From Actinomycetota bacterium (GTDB lineage Bacteria > Actinomycetota > Acidimicrobiia > Acidimicrobiales > Poriferisodalaceae), in assembly GCA_039185015.1 (NCBI GenBank), contig JBCDAU010000012.1:57637-121636 (forward strand): 64,000 bases of DNA, in the 5' to 3' direction. Both the position numbers and the translations under genes were made by a program. A model generated the notes under the pieces. It was not told where the DNA came from, ran no database searches, and saw only the letters and a program-made list of their open reading frames with translations. This document shows, piece by piece, positions 36,668 through 45,788 of this stretch (within the stretch, counting starts at the first letter, position 1; each line of letters begins with the position of its first letter).

Positions 36668-38698
36668 CTACTGCCCGCCGGACCCCCGTTCGGCCATGCC
36701 GTTCGCGGGCGGTGTCGCACGCCATGGCGCACCAGTTCGCAACCACGTGGCGAACGTCTCGCCGTCGACCGCTGAGGCCCACAGCCAACCCTGCGCTCGT
36801 TCGCAGCCGAGCGCCGCCACGAGCTCGGCCTGATCCTGCTGCTCGACCCCCTCGGCCACGACGGGCAGGCCGAGCGCCGTGGCCAGGTCCACCGTCGCCG
36901 CGACCACGGCGCGACCGGCTCCGGGGCGGAGTCCGCCGAGGAGCAGGCCCCGATCGAGCTTGAGCCCGTCGAGCGGGAGGCGAGCGAAGAGGGACAGCGA
37001 CGAGTAGCCCGTACCGAAGTCGTCCAGGTAGACGCCCACCCCTCGAGATCGGACCTCGCGGAGCACATCGACCACGCGGTCGACGTCACTGGCCACCGCG
37101 GTCTCCGTCACCTCGATGACGACCCCGTGCGGGGGACATCCCGCGTCACCGATCGCTCCGAGGAGCACCTCCATCGCCTCGGCGTCGAGCTCGCTCGGGC
37201 TCACGTTCACGTGCACGACGAAGTCGTCGTCGACGAGCCCCGCGACGCGAGCCCGGAAGGCGAACGCCTCCCGGCGCACCACGCCATCGAGCTCGGCACC
37301 GAGCCCCGCCTCCTCGGCGAGCGGGAGGAACTCCGATGCCGGACGGAGCTCGCCATCCGGTCGCGCCCATCGGGCGAGCGCTTCGGCCCCGACGATCCGA
37401 CCCGAGGTCGGATCGATCACCGGCTGGAACCGTGCGCTGAACTCCCCGGCGCTCAGGGCAGCACGGATCTCGATCTCGTCGTCGAGGCGGCGCTGGAGCT
37501 CATCGCGGAGACCCGCGTCGAAGACCGCGACCTGGTTCCGCCCCGCGGCCTTGGCGCGATATAGCGCCGCGTCGGCGTGGCGAAGCAGGTCGTCCGGTTC
37601 GTCGAGGTGGTCGCGGTCGAGGCTGACCCCGACGCTCGCCGTCATCTTGACCTCTCTCCCTTCGAGGACGAACGGAGCGGTGAACGACGAGGAGACCCGT
37701 TCGGCGACCGCGATCGCCTCCTCGGCGTCGGCAAGGTTCGTGAGCAGCACGGTGAACTCGTCGCCACCGAGTCGCGACAACGCGTCTCCCTCACGCAGGA
37801 GCGGGCGAACCCGTTCACCCACCTCACGGAGCAACGCGTCGCCCGCGGCGTGACCGAGCGAGTCGTTCACGACCTTGAACCGGTCGAGATCGAAGAAGAG
37901 CACGGCGATCGTGGAGCCCTCCCGCCGTGCTCTCGCCATGGCCGTGGTGAGGTGCTGAGTGAACAGCGAACGGTTGGCCAGTCCCGTGAGCGTGTCGTGC
38001 GTGGCCTGGTCGGCCAGTGATGCGTTGGCCGCCGCCAGCTCCTCGTTGACCTCGACGAGGCGCTCCCGCTCGCCGACGAGCTCCTCGGCCAGGACGCTCC
38101 TCTCGTGGGCGTCGACCGCCGCCCGGACGGTGTCGGCGTGACCCACGGACTGGAGGTGGATCGACACGAGCGCCCCGTAGACGACCACGCCGGCGAGCAG
38201 CTGCCCGAACGAACCTGCAGATGCGAAGCCGATCACCGACATCGTGCTCAGGACGAGGACCCCGCTGTAGAACAGCGGCCGGACGGCACCGGAGTAGATC
38301 GTCGCCGAGGCGAGCAGCCCGTAGACGAACACGACGAGCAGCGCCTGCCAGCGGGGGTCCTCGGGGAGGGCGAGCAGCGAGATCGACCCCCAGCCGGTCG
38401 ACGACACGATCTGGCCGACCACGAGCGCTCGTCGGCTGGCTCCCCGACCGTCGCCAGCGGCCATGCGCCGGGCACCGACGGTCTGGATGGTGTTGCCGAG
38501 GGCGGCGGCGAACGCCCAGAGCAACAGCCCGCCCTGATCCGCCTTCGTCCAGAACACGGAAACGACCGCGACGATCGTCGGGTAGGCGGCGAGCCCGGCC
38601 TGACCGAGCAGCGTCGCCGTACGGCCCCACAGCCGGTCCTCGACCGCCGCGCTCGCCCGATGCTCGGGAGCGTCGGCGCCGCACGGTTCGGACATCAT
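36668..38698 (-). CDS. membrane sensor diguanylate cyclase/phosphodiesterase (multi-TM N-terminus - GGDEF - EAL)
   Basis: GGDEF region: RLGGDEF, DTLTGLANR. EAL region: EALARW...DDFGTGYSSL...Q... The upstream part of the track ORF is antisense to the SDR gene and was trimmed. Confidence 0.85.
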   Translation of the reverse strand: MMSEPCGADAPEHRASAAVEDRLWGRTATLLGQAGLAAYPTIVAVVSVFWTKADQGGLLLWAFAAALGNTIQTVGARRMAAGDGRGASRRALVVGQIVSSTGWGSISLLALPEDPRWQALLVVFVYGLLASATIYSGAVRPLFYSGVLVLSTMSVIGFASAGSFGQLLAGVVVYGALVSIHLQSVGHADTVRAAVDAHERSVLAEELVGERERLVEVNEELAAANASLADQATHDTLTGLANRSLFTQHLTTAMARARREGSTIAVLFFDLDRFKVVNDSLGHAAGDALLREVGERVRPLLREGDALSRLGGDEFTVLLTNLADAEEAIAVAERVSSSFTAPFVLEGREVKMTASVGVSLDRDHLDEPDDLLRHADAALYRAKAAGRNQVAVFDAGLRDELQRRLDDEIEIRAALSAGEFSARFQPVIDPTSGRIVGAEALARWARPDGELRPASEFLPLAEEAGLGAELDGVVRREAFAFRARVAGLVDDDFVVHVNVSPSELDAEAMEVLLGAIGDAGCPPHGVVIEVTETAVASDVDRVVDVLREVRSRGVGVYLDDFGTGYSSLSLFARLPLDGLKLDRGLLLGGLRPGAGRAVVAATVDLATALGLPVVAEGVEQQDQAELVAALGCERAQGWLWASAVDGETFATWLRTGAPWRATPPANGMAERGSGGQ

Positions 38699-38819
38699 CC
38701 CCCATCGGCAGGGCCAGACCGACCGATGAGCACCACGAGGGAGCCGCAGCGTCGGCGGATCCGGATCCGCCCCAGCCGCTCGGGCGTCGCCGCCGAGGTG
38801 ACCGCTACGCTCCGCGGCG

Positions 38820-39593
38820 ATGACCGACGCACCACTGCCGAACGCATCCCATGATCTGACCGGCCGGGTGGCCATGGTCACCGGTGCCACCTCGGGGCTC
38901 GGCTGGCGATTCGCCCAGGTGCTCGCCGCCGCCGGCGCCACCGTCGTCGGGACCGGACGCCGGACGGATCGACTCGACCAGCTGGCTGCCGAATCGGCCG
39001 AGCTCGGCACGATCATCGGCGTCCAGATGGACATGACCGACACCGAGAGCATCCTCGGCGGTGTCGACACCGCCGAGGATGCCGTCGGCACGATCGACAT
39101 CCTCGTCAACAACGCCGGCGTCCCCGACGCCCAGCGGGCGCACAAGATGCCGGTCGAGCTGATCGACCGGGTGATCGACACCAACCTCCGAGGCCCGTAC
39201 GTGCTCTCGTGCGAGATCGCCCGCCGGCTGATCGCCGCCGAACGACCCGGTGCGATGGTGAACATCTCCAGCGCGTCCGGCTTCCACTACGACGGTCACG
39301 GCGCCGCGCTCTACTCGGTGACCAAGGCGGCGATCGCCCGGATGAGCGAAGCGCTCGCCGTCGAGTGGTCTCGCTACCGGATCAACGTGAACTGCATCGC
39401 TCCGGGCGCCTTCAGCTCCGAGATGATGGACGGCATGGTCGAACGCATGGGTGACATCAGCCAGCACTTCCCCCGCAAGCGGATGGGAGATCCGTCCCAG
39501 CTCGACTCGACCCTCCTCTACCTCTGCTCCCCGTCCTCCGACGCGGTCACCGGTGCCATCCTCCGCGTCGACGACGGACAAGGACCTCGCTGA
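38820..39593 (+). CDS. SDR-family oxidoreductase
   Basis: VTGATSGLG and NNAG motifs, with a YxxxK-type catalytic region. Confidence 0.85.
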   Translation: MTDAPLPNASHDLTGRVAMVTGATSGLGWRFAQVLAAAGATVVGTGRRTDRLDQLAAESAELGTIIGVQMDMTDTESILGGVDTAEDAVGTIDILVNNAGVPDAQRAHKMPVELIDRVIDTNLRGPYVLSCEIARRLIAAERPGAMVNISSASGFHYDGHGAALYSVTKAAIARMSEALAVEWSRYRINVNCIAPGAFSSEMMDGMVERMGDISQHFPRKRMGDPSQLDSTLLYLCSPSSDAVTGAILRVDDGQGPR

Positions 39594-39594
39594 G

Positions 39595-40335
39595 ATGACG
39601 CTCTCGACCGACACCTACCTCGACCACACCCGAACCGGCGGCGCCGCCTTCGCCGACGCCTTGATCGGCGCCGACGTCGATGCCCCGGTGGTCGCCTGCG
39701 GCGACTGGACGGTCGCCGACCTCGTCGGGCACATCGGCACCGTGCACCGCTGGGCGGCCGTGGCGTTGCGCGAGGGCCGGCAGCCCGGCCGCGACGACCT
39801 GGCCGACGCACCGCCCTTCGACCCATCGGACGCGTCCGGGTGGTACCGGGCCTGTCTCGACGACATCGTCGCCGAGCTCGAGGCAGCCGATCCGGTCGCC
39901 TCGTCGTGGCACCCGTTCCCCGTCGAGCAGGTCGCCGGGTTCTGGTTCCGCCGGATGGCGCACGAGATCGCCGTCCATCGCTGGGACCTCGAGCACGCCG
40001 TCTCGACGCCGACGACCATGGATCCGGCCCTCGCCTCGGACGGGATCGACGAGTACTTCGAGGTCACGATCCCACGCCTGGTCGTCCAGGGGCGGGACCT
40101 CCCGACGAGCAGCTTCCACGTGCACTGCACCGACGTCGAGGGCGAGTGGCTCGTGTGGACCGAGGACGGTGACTACCGGATGGTCCGCGAGCACCGAAAG
40201 GGCGATGCCGCGCTGCGGGGTCCGGCCGAGCAGCTGCTGCTGCGGATGTGGAACCGACCGGCGCCGGACGACGAGCTGAGCCCCGTCGGCGACGAGACCG
40301 CCTTCGTCGACTGGACGTCCCTCGGCGGTAACTGA
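39595..40335 (+). CDS. maleylpyruvate isomerase-family mycothiol-dependent enzyme (MDMPI N-terminal domain family)
   Basis: ...WTVADLVGHIGTVHRWAAVAL... The track ORF from 39451 has a Ser/Pro/Thr-rich extension overlapping the SDR gene. The ATG at 39595 immediately follows the SDR stop. Confidence 0.75.
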   Translation: MTLSTDTYLDHTRTGGAAFADALIGADVDAPVVACGDWTVADLVGHIGTVHRWAAVALREGRQPGRDDLADAPPFDPSDASGWYRACLDDIVAELEAADPVASSWHPFPVEQVAGFWFRRMAHEIAVHRWDLEHAVSTPTTMDPALASDGIDEYFEVTIPRLVVQGRDLPTSSFHVHCTDVEGEWLVWTEDGDYRMVREHRKGDAALRGPAEQLLLRMWNRPAPDDELSPVGDETAFVDWTSLGGN

Positions 40336-40350
40336 GCCCCGACCAAGCAC

Positions 40351-40517
40351 CGGCCCCCGAGCGGGCAGGAACACCGCACGGCCCGGCCGCAGCCCGCCAG
40401 GGCGAGGACCTCGGGAGGAGCTCGGGGCACCGGGCCCCCGAGCGGGCAGGAGCACAGCACGGCCCGGGCCGCAGGCCGTCAGGCCGAGGACACCGGGAGG
40501 AGGGAGGGGCTCCGGGG
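40351..40517. repeat. imperfect tandem duplication, two units of about 80-87 bp, in a convergent intergenic region
   Basis: Unit: cggcccccgagcgggcagga(a/g)cac(c/a)gcacggcccgg(g)ccgcag(c/g)ccg(c/t)cagg(g/c)cgagga... Seen directly in the sequence. Confidence 0.8.
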
Positions 40518-40535
40518 CCCCACCCGGGTATCGAC

Positions 40536-41294
40536 TCAGAACACCGTGTAGCCGCCGTCGACGCAGACCTCCTGGCCGGTGTGGAAGGTCTGGGACGGGT
40601 CGGCGAGGAAAGCACCGACCTCGCGGAACTCGACGGGCTCGGCCCATCGGCGCACCGGCGTCCGACGTACGGTCGCGTCGCGGAACTTGTCGTTCTCGTA
40701 GCCGCCCGACGCGAGCTCGGTGATCGTCCAGCCGGGCAGCAGGGAGTTCACCCGGATCCGGTGGCGGGCGAGCCCGACGGCGAGCGCCCGGACCAAACCG
40801 TTGAGCGCGGTCTTGGCGGTGCCGTACGCCTCGTTGTTGGCTGCGCCGTGGATCGCCGACGTGGAGGACACGGCGACGAGGCTGCCCCCCACGCCCTGCT
40901 CGACGAGGCGCCGGGCGCCTTCGCGCAGGGTGAGGAAGACGCCGTCGAGATTGACCTCCATGACGGCGCGCCAGTCATCGAGGGTCAGCTCGAGGAACGG
41001 GGTCCCCGTGCCACCACGGCCGGCGTTCGCGAACACGCCGTCGAGCCGGCCGAGGTCGGCGATCGAACGGTCCATGGTCTCGATCGTCTGCGCCTCGTCG
41101 GCCACATCGCAGACGTAGGCCTCGGCGGTCCCGCCGAGGGAGCGGAGCTGCTCGAGCGCCGCGCCGTTCTTCTCCTCGTTGCGTCCCCAGATCGCGATCG
41201 CGCCGCCGGCGAGCACGATGCCCTCCGCCATGCCGAGGCCGATGCCGCCGTTGCCGCCCGTGACGACGAAGACCTTGCCGCTGAGATCGATCAT
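40536..41294 (-). CDS. SDR-family oxidoreductase
   Basis: Start MIDLSGKVFVVTGGNGGIGLG. The track ORF carries an N-terminal extension. Confidence 0.85.
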   Translation of the reverse strand: MIDLSGKVFVVTGGNGGIGLGMAEGIVLAGGAIAIWGRNEEKNGAALEQLRSLGGTAEAYVCDVADEAQTIETMDRSIADLGRLDGVFANAGRGGTGTPFLELTLDDWRAVMEVNLDGVFLTLREGARRLVEQGVGGSLVAVSSTSAIHGAANNEAYGTAKTALNGLVRALAVGLARHRIRVNSLLPGWTITELASGGYENDKFRDATVRRTPVRRWAEPVEFREVGAFLADPSQTFHTGQEVCVDGGYTVF

Positions 41295-41338
41295 GCCCGG
41301 ATGCTGACAGGTCGTCGCGACGACGGCACGCTCACCCC

Positions 41339-41449
41339 GAGCGCGCCGGCCCACCCGTTCCCGATCACCCGAGCGCGCCGGCCCACCCGTTCCCGATCAC
41401 CCGTGGGTGATCGGCCTACCCGTTCCCGATCACCCGTGGGTGATCGGCC
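41339..41449. repeat. four tandem 32-33-bp units sharing cccgttcccgatcaccc. The last two form 10-bp-arm palindromes ccgatcaccc-gt-gggtgatcgg, and the array ends at the NUDIX start codon.
   Basis: Seen directly in the sequence. The second palindrome ends 4-5 nt before the ATG at 41450 and contains the only SD-like sequence (gggtga). Confidence 0.8.
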
Positions 41450-42187
41450 ATGCTGTGCGGCATGGAGGTCACCCACGACGAGGCGTTGCGCGATCGGCTC
41501 CGACGGCACCTGGCCGACCACGACGTCCGCCGGCACGGCCTCGACGGACGTCGTCACGCAGCGGTCGCCGTGGTCGTGATCGACAGCGACGCGCAGGAAC
41601 ACGGCACCGACCCGACACCGGCCGACGCCATCATCGACCTCAGCATGATCCCCGGGGACGTCGACGGACTCGACGGCCGGGTGGACGGCACCGCTGGTGG
41701 CGCGTCGGTCATCCTCACCCGTCGTCAGCCCCGGATGCGGGCCCACGCCGGGCAGTGGGCGTTCCCCGGTGGGCGAGTCGATCCCGGCGAGGATCCGATC
41801 GAGGCCGCCCGCCGCGAGGTCAGCGAGGAGATCGGGCTCGACCTCCCGGACGAGGCGCTGCTCGGGCGCCTGGACGACTATCCGACGCGGTCCGGGTACG
41901 TGATCTCCCCGTTCGTCTTCTGGGCCGGCGCCGGCGCGGAGCCGGTCGCCAACCCCGACGAGGTGGCGTCGATCCACCGGATCTCGGTGCGCGAGCTGCT
42001 GCGCCCGGACTCCCCGCGGTTCGTCGACATCCCCGAGAGCGACCGGCCCGTGATCCAGATGCCGATCGGCAGCGACCTGATCCACGCCCCGACGGGTGCG
42101 GTGCTCCACCAGTTCCGGGCCGTCGCCTACGAGGGTCGCAGCATCCGGGTCGACGGCTTCGAGCAGCCGGTCTTCGCCTGGCGCTGA
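41450..42187 (+). CDS. NUDIX hydrolase (CoA pyrophosphatase-like)
   Basis: Nudix box GGRVDPGEDPIEAARREVSEEIGL. Confidence 0.8.
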   Translation: MLCGMEVTHDEALRDRLRRHLADHDVRRHGLDGRRHAAVAVVVIDSDAQEHGTDPTPADAIIDLSMIPGDVDGLDGRVDGTAGGASVILTRRQPRMRAHAGQWAFPGGRVDPGEDPIEAARREVSEEIGLDLPDEALLGRLDDYPTRSGYVISPFVFWAGAGAEPVANPDEVASIHRISVRELLRPDSPRFVDIPESDRPVIQMPIGSDLIHAPTGAVLHQFRAVAYEGRSIRVDGFEQPVFAWR

Positions 42188-42212
42188 CCGCCCACCCGAC
42201 GAGTCGTCAGCC

Positions 42213-42364
42213 GACTCAACGCACCGAGGACAACACGAGCTCGATCGCCCAACTCAACGCACCGAGGACAACACGAGCTCGATCGCCCAACTCAACGCAC
42301 CGAGGACAACACGAGCTCGATCGCCCAACTCAACGCACCGAGGACAACACGAGCTCGATCGCCC
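42213..42364. repeat. four tandem copies of a 38-bp unit (actcaacgcaccgaggacaacacgagctcgatcgccca). The fourth copy is the 3' end (last 11 codons plus stop) of the TetR gene at 42330..42881.
   Basis: Seen directly in the sequence. The reverse complement of the unit encodes AIELVLSSVR*. Confidence 0.85.
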
Positions 42365-42881
42365 GCTCGTAGGCCGCGTCGGCGTCGATGAGCAACGGCG
42401 GCGCGAGGCCCTGCAGCTCGAGCATGACGTAGCCGTGGATGGTCGCCCACAGGTGGTAGGCGCGGTCGCCGGCGTGATCGGGTCCGAGCTCGGCGTTGAC
42501 CATCCGCACGAGCCGGTCGAACGAGGCCAACGACCGGGCGACCGCCTGCTCGCTCGGCTCGTGGCCCGGAACCGCGGACCCGAACATGATCAGGTAGTAG
42601 GTCGAGTCCGCGAGGCCCCAACGCCGGTAGGCGCGCGCCTGGGACACGAGGTCGTGATCGGCGGCGTCGAGGGCGGCGTCGAAGCGCTCGAACCCTTCCA
42701 CGTAGAGGGCGTCGACGAGCCCGCCCTTGCCTCCGAACCAGGTGTAGACGCCGGTCGTCGAGCACCCGGCGCCCGAGGCGACCCGGCGGACGGTCAGCGC
42801 GGCGGCCCCGTCGTCCTGCAGGACCGCGATCGCTGCATCGAGGATCGCCTGCCGCTGGTCGGGGGTTGACTCGTCGCTCAT
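42330..42881 (-). CDS. TetR family transcriptional regulator
   Basis: HTH ...LTVRRVASGAGCSTTGVYTWFGGKGGL... Confidence 0.85.
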   Translation of the reverse strand: MSDESTPDQRQAILDAAIAVLQDDGAAALTVRRVASGAGCSTTGVYTWFGGKGGLVDALYVEGFERFDAALDAADHDLVSQARAYRRWGLADSTYYLIMFGSAVPGHEPSEQAVARSLASFDRLVRMVNAELGPDHAGDRAYHLWATIHGYVMLELQGLAPPLLIDADAAYERAIELVLSSVR

Positions 42882-42886
42882 CGTGC

Positions 42887-42916
42887 AACAAAGTTACGCC
42901 ATAACTTAGTTACGCC
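42887..42916. promoter_or_regulatory. candidate TetR operator: inverted repeat aagtta-cgcca-taactt overlapping a direct repeat of agttacgcc
   Basis: Seen in the divergent intergenic region between the TetR gene (start 42881) and the dioxygenase (start 42942). Confidence 0.3.
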
Positions 42917-42941
42917 CAGTCAGTGAGACGAGGAGACCGTC

Positions 42942-44318
42942 GTGGCCGACATCACGATCACCGAGAACGCGTACCTCGCGGGCAACTACGCCCCCGTCGA
43001 GGAGGAGGTCACCACCCACGACCTACCGGTCGACGGTGAGCTGCCCCGCGAGCTCGAGGGCCGGTACCTGCGCAACGGCCCGAACCCGATGGACGCCCCC
43101 GATCCCTCGACCCACCACTGGTTCATGGGTGACGGCATGGTGCACGGCGTACGCCTCCGCGACGGCCGGGCGGAGTGGTACCGCAACCGGTACGTCGGGT
43201 CACCAGCGGTGAACTCGGCCCGCGGTCGGAGCGACATCGCCGGGCCGAACTGGAGCGGCACCGGGACCGGACCGAACACCAACGTCGGCGGCTTCGCCGG
43301 CACCACCTGGGCGATGGTCGAAGCCGGCGGCACCCCCGTCGAGCTGACCTACGAGCTCGAGAGCATCGCCCGCAACGACTTCAACGGCACCCTCCCGGGC
43401 GCGTTCAGCGCCCACCCGAAGTTCGACCCCGCCACCGGCGAGCTCCACGCGATGACCTACGCCTGGGCCCAGTGGCTCGATCACGTCCAGTACGTCGTCG
43501 TCGGGCCCGATGCGACGGTGTCCCGCACCGTGGACATCCCGCTGCCGGGCATGACGATGCTCCACGACATGTCGCTCACGAACCGCTTCGCGATCGTCTA
43601 CGACCAGCCGTGCACCGTCGACCTCGACCTCGCGTTCGCCGGTCGCTTCCCGTTCCGCTGGGACCCCGACTACGGCAACCGGGTCGGGCTGCTGCCACGG
43701 GAGGGGAATGCCGAGGACATCATCTGGATCGACGTCCCCAACGGATACTCCTTCCACCCGATGAACGCCTACGACGCCGAGGACGGCACGGTCGTCATCG
43801 ACCTCTGCAACTACGACGTGATGTTCGACCAGGACATCCTCGGCCCCTTCGGCGACGGCGGGCAGGCCCGGCTCGAGCGATGGGTGCTCGACCCCGACCG
43901 CCGCACCGCCTCGATCACCGTGATCGACGAGACAGCCAACGAGTTCCCCCGCCACCGCGGTTCGCTCTCGACCCGGCCGTACCGCTTCGGCTACTGCGTG
44001 GCGCCGTCGCCCGATCCGGCCGACAGCTGGCCCGTCGTCAAGCACGACCTGGTCTCCGGTGCCCGTGAGACCTTCGACCACGGGCCCGGCCGGGCCGCCG
44101 GAGAGGTCGTCTTCGTGCCGAAGGCCGACGACGACGCCGAGGACGCCGGCTGGCTCGTTGGCCTGGTGCACGACCAGGGCGAGCAGCGCACGGAGCTCTC
44201 CGTGCTCGACGCGCAGGACCTCGCTCGGGGTCCGGTCGCGACCGTCCACCTCCCCCAGCGGGTGCCCTTCGGCTTCCACGGCAACTGGGTCTCGGACTCC
44301 TCGGTCTCCCCCGACTGA
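42942..44318 (+). CDS. carotenoid cleavage dioxygenase-family (RPE65/CCD) enzyme
   Basis: GTG start with RBS gaggag. Conserved His-containing blades, for example ...HHWFMGDGMVHG..., ...FSAHPKFDP..., ...YSFHPMNAY..., ...PFGFHGNWV. Confidence 0.85.
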   Translation: MADITITENAYLAGNYAPVEEEVTTHDLPVDGELPRELEGRYLRNGPNPMDAPDPSTHHWFMGDGMVHGVRLRDGRAEWYRNRYVGSPAVNSARGRSDIAGPNWSGTGTGPNTNVGGFAGTTWAMVEAGGTPVELTYELESIARNDFNGTLPGAFSAHPKFDPATGELHAMTYAWAQWLDHVQYVVVGPDATVSRTVDIPLPGMTMLHDMSLTNRFAIVYDQPCTVDLDLAFAGRFPFRWDPDYGNRVGLLPREGNAEDIIWIDVPNGYSFHPMNAYDAEDGTVVIDLCNYDVMFDQDILGPFGDGGQARLERWVLDPDRRTASITVIDETANEFPRHRGSLSTRPYRFGYCVAPSPDPADSWPVVKHDLVSGARETFDHGPGRAAGEVVFVPKADDDAEDAGWLVGLVHDQGEQRTELSVLDAQDLARGPVATVHLPQRVPFGFHGNWVSDSSVSPD

Positions 44319-44481
44319 GCCGTCGCTCGGCCGGGGCCGTCCGGACCCACGCCGGGCGATGACGACACCTCTGGCTCGTCCGGGCCCCGCCGGGGACGTA
44401 CCGTGTGGGCGATGAGTCGGTCTGACCTCGGGCGCCCATGACACAGGCGCCATCCGCTGGACCCGGGGCATCGGGGTCCGG

Positions 44482-45777
44482 GTGAGCGGCATCTGGTTCC
44501 AGCTCGCGCTGGTCGCCGCGCTGGTCTTGCTCAACGCCGTGTTCGCCGGCTCCGAGATGGCGCTGGTCTCGCTGCGCGAAGGCCAGCTCCAGCGCCTCGA
44601 GAACGAGTCATCTCGGGGCAAGGTCCTCGGACGGCTCGCCCGCGACCCGAACCGCTTCCTCGCCACGATCCAGGTCGGCATCACCCTCGCCGGCTTCCTC
44701 GCTTCGGCGTCCGCTGCGGTCTCGCTCGCCGAACCGCTCGAAGAACCGTTGTCATTCCTCGGCGGAGCGGCGCGCCCCGGCTCGATCTTCGTCGTCACGA
44801 TCGCGCTCTCGTACCTCACGCTGGTGCTCGGCGAGCTCGCCCCGAAGCGGCTGGCGATGCAGCGCTCGGAGGGCTGGGCGCTGCTCGTGGCCCGGCCGCT
44901 GTCCGGGCTGTCCCGGATCGCCCGTCCGGCGATCTGGCTGCTGTCGGTGTCGACCGATCTGGTGGTCCGGGTCCTCGGTGGCGACCCCAACCAGGAGCGC
45001 GAGGCGGTCACCGAGGCCGAGCTGCGCGACATGGTCCGGACGCAGGAGTCGTTCACCCTGCAGCAGCGGACGATCATCAGCGGCGCCTTCGAGATCGCCG
45101 ACCGGCGACTGAGCGAGGTGATGCGGCCCCGCCCCGACGTGGTCACCCTCGACGCCGAGACGTCCTGCCCCGAGGCGCTGGCCGAGCTGGCGGCCTCCGG
45201 GCACTCGCGGGCCCCGGTGTGCGTCAACGGCACGCTGGACGAGACCGTCGGCGTCGTCCACCTCCGAGACCTGCTGCTCGACGAGCCCGGGTGCGTCGCC
45301 CGCGACGTCGCCAACCCTGCGGTCGTGCTCCCCGAGAGCGCCGGCGTGCTCGATGCGCTCCGCACGATGCAGACCGAGCGGACCCAGCTCGCCCTCGTCG
45401 TGAGCGAGCACGGCGGCGCCGAGGGGATCGTGACGGTCGAGGACCTGATCGAGGAGGTCGTCGGCGAGATCCACGACGAAACCGATCATGATCTCGAGGC
45501 GCTGCACCAGGAGGCCGACGGCAGCCTCGTGCTGACGGGCCGCTTCCCGGCCCACGAGCTCCCCGAGGTCGGCATCTCGATCCCCGAGGGCGACTACGCC
45601 ACGATCGCCGGGTTCCTCCTGTCCGAGCTGGGACGGGTCCCGAAGGAGCCGGGCGACGTCGTCGAGCACGGCCGCTGGCGCTTCGAGATCATCGAGGTCG
45701 ACGAGCGGGCCATCGCATCGGTCAGGGCCACCCAGCTGGAGGAGCCGGACGAGCCGGACGACGACGACGGCGAGTAG
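44482..45777 (+). CDS. CNNM/HlyC-CorC family membrane protein (DUF21 - CBS pair - CorC_HlyC)
   Basis: N-terminal TM domain with AGSEMALVS, CBS region, and C-terminal transporter-associated domain. Confidence 0.85.
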   Translation: MSGIWFQLALVAALVLLNAVFAGSEMALVSLREGQLQRLENESSRGKVLGRLARDPNRFLATIQVGITLAGFLASASAAVSLAEPLEEPLSFLGGAARPGSIFVVTIALSYLTLVLGELAPKRLAMQRSEGWALLVARPLSGLSRIARPAIWLLSVSTDLVVRVLGGDPNQEREAVTEAELRDMVRTQESFTLQQRTIISGAFEIADRRLSEVMRPRPDVVTLDAETSCPEALAELAASGHSRAPVCVNGTLDETVGVVHLRDLLLDEPGCVARDVANPAVVLPESAGVLDALRTMQTERTQLALVVSEHGGAEGIVTVEDLIEEVVGEIHDETDHDLEALHQEADGSLVLTGRFPAHELPEVGISIPEGDYATIAGFLLSELGRVPKEPGDVVEHGRWRFEIIEVDERAIASVRATQLEEPDEPDDDDGE

Positions 45778-45788
45778 CGGCGGCTCGC

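Noticed and set aside
40351-42364. Possibility that the tandem repeats are a CRISPR array or a mobile element
   Set aside because: There are no unique spacers between units, since the units abut. No cas genes and no transposase or integrase are present. There are no terminal inverted repeats or target-site duplications.
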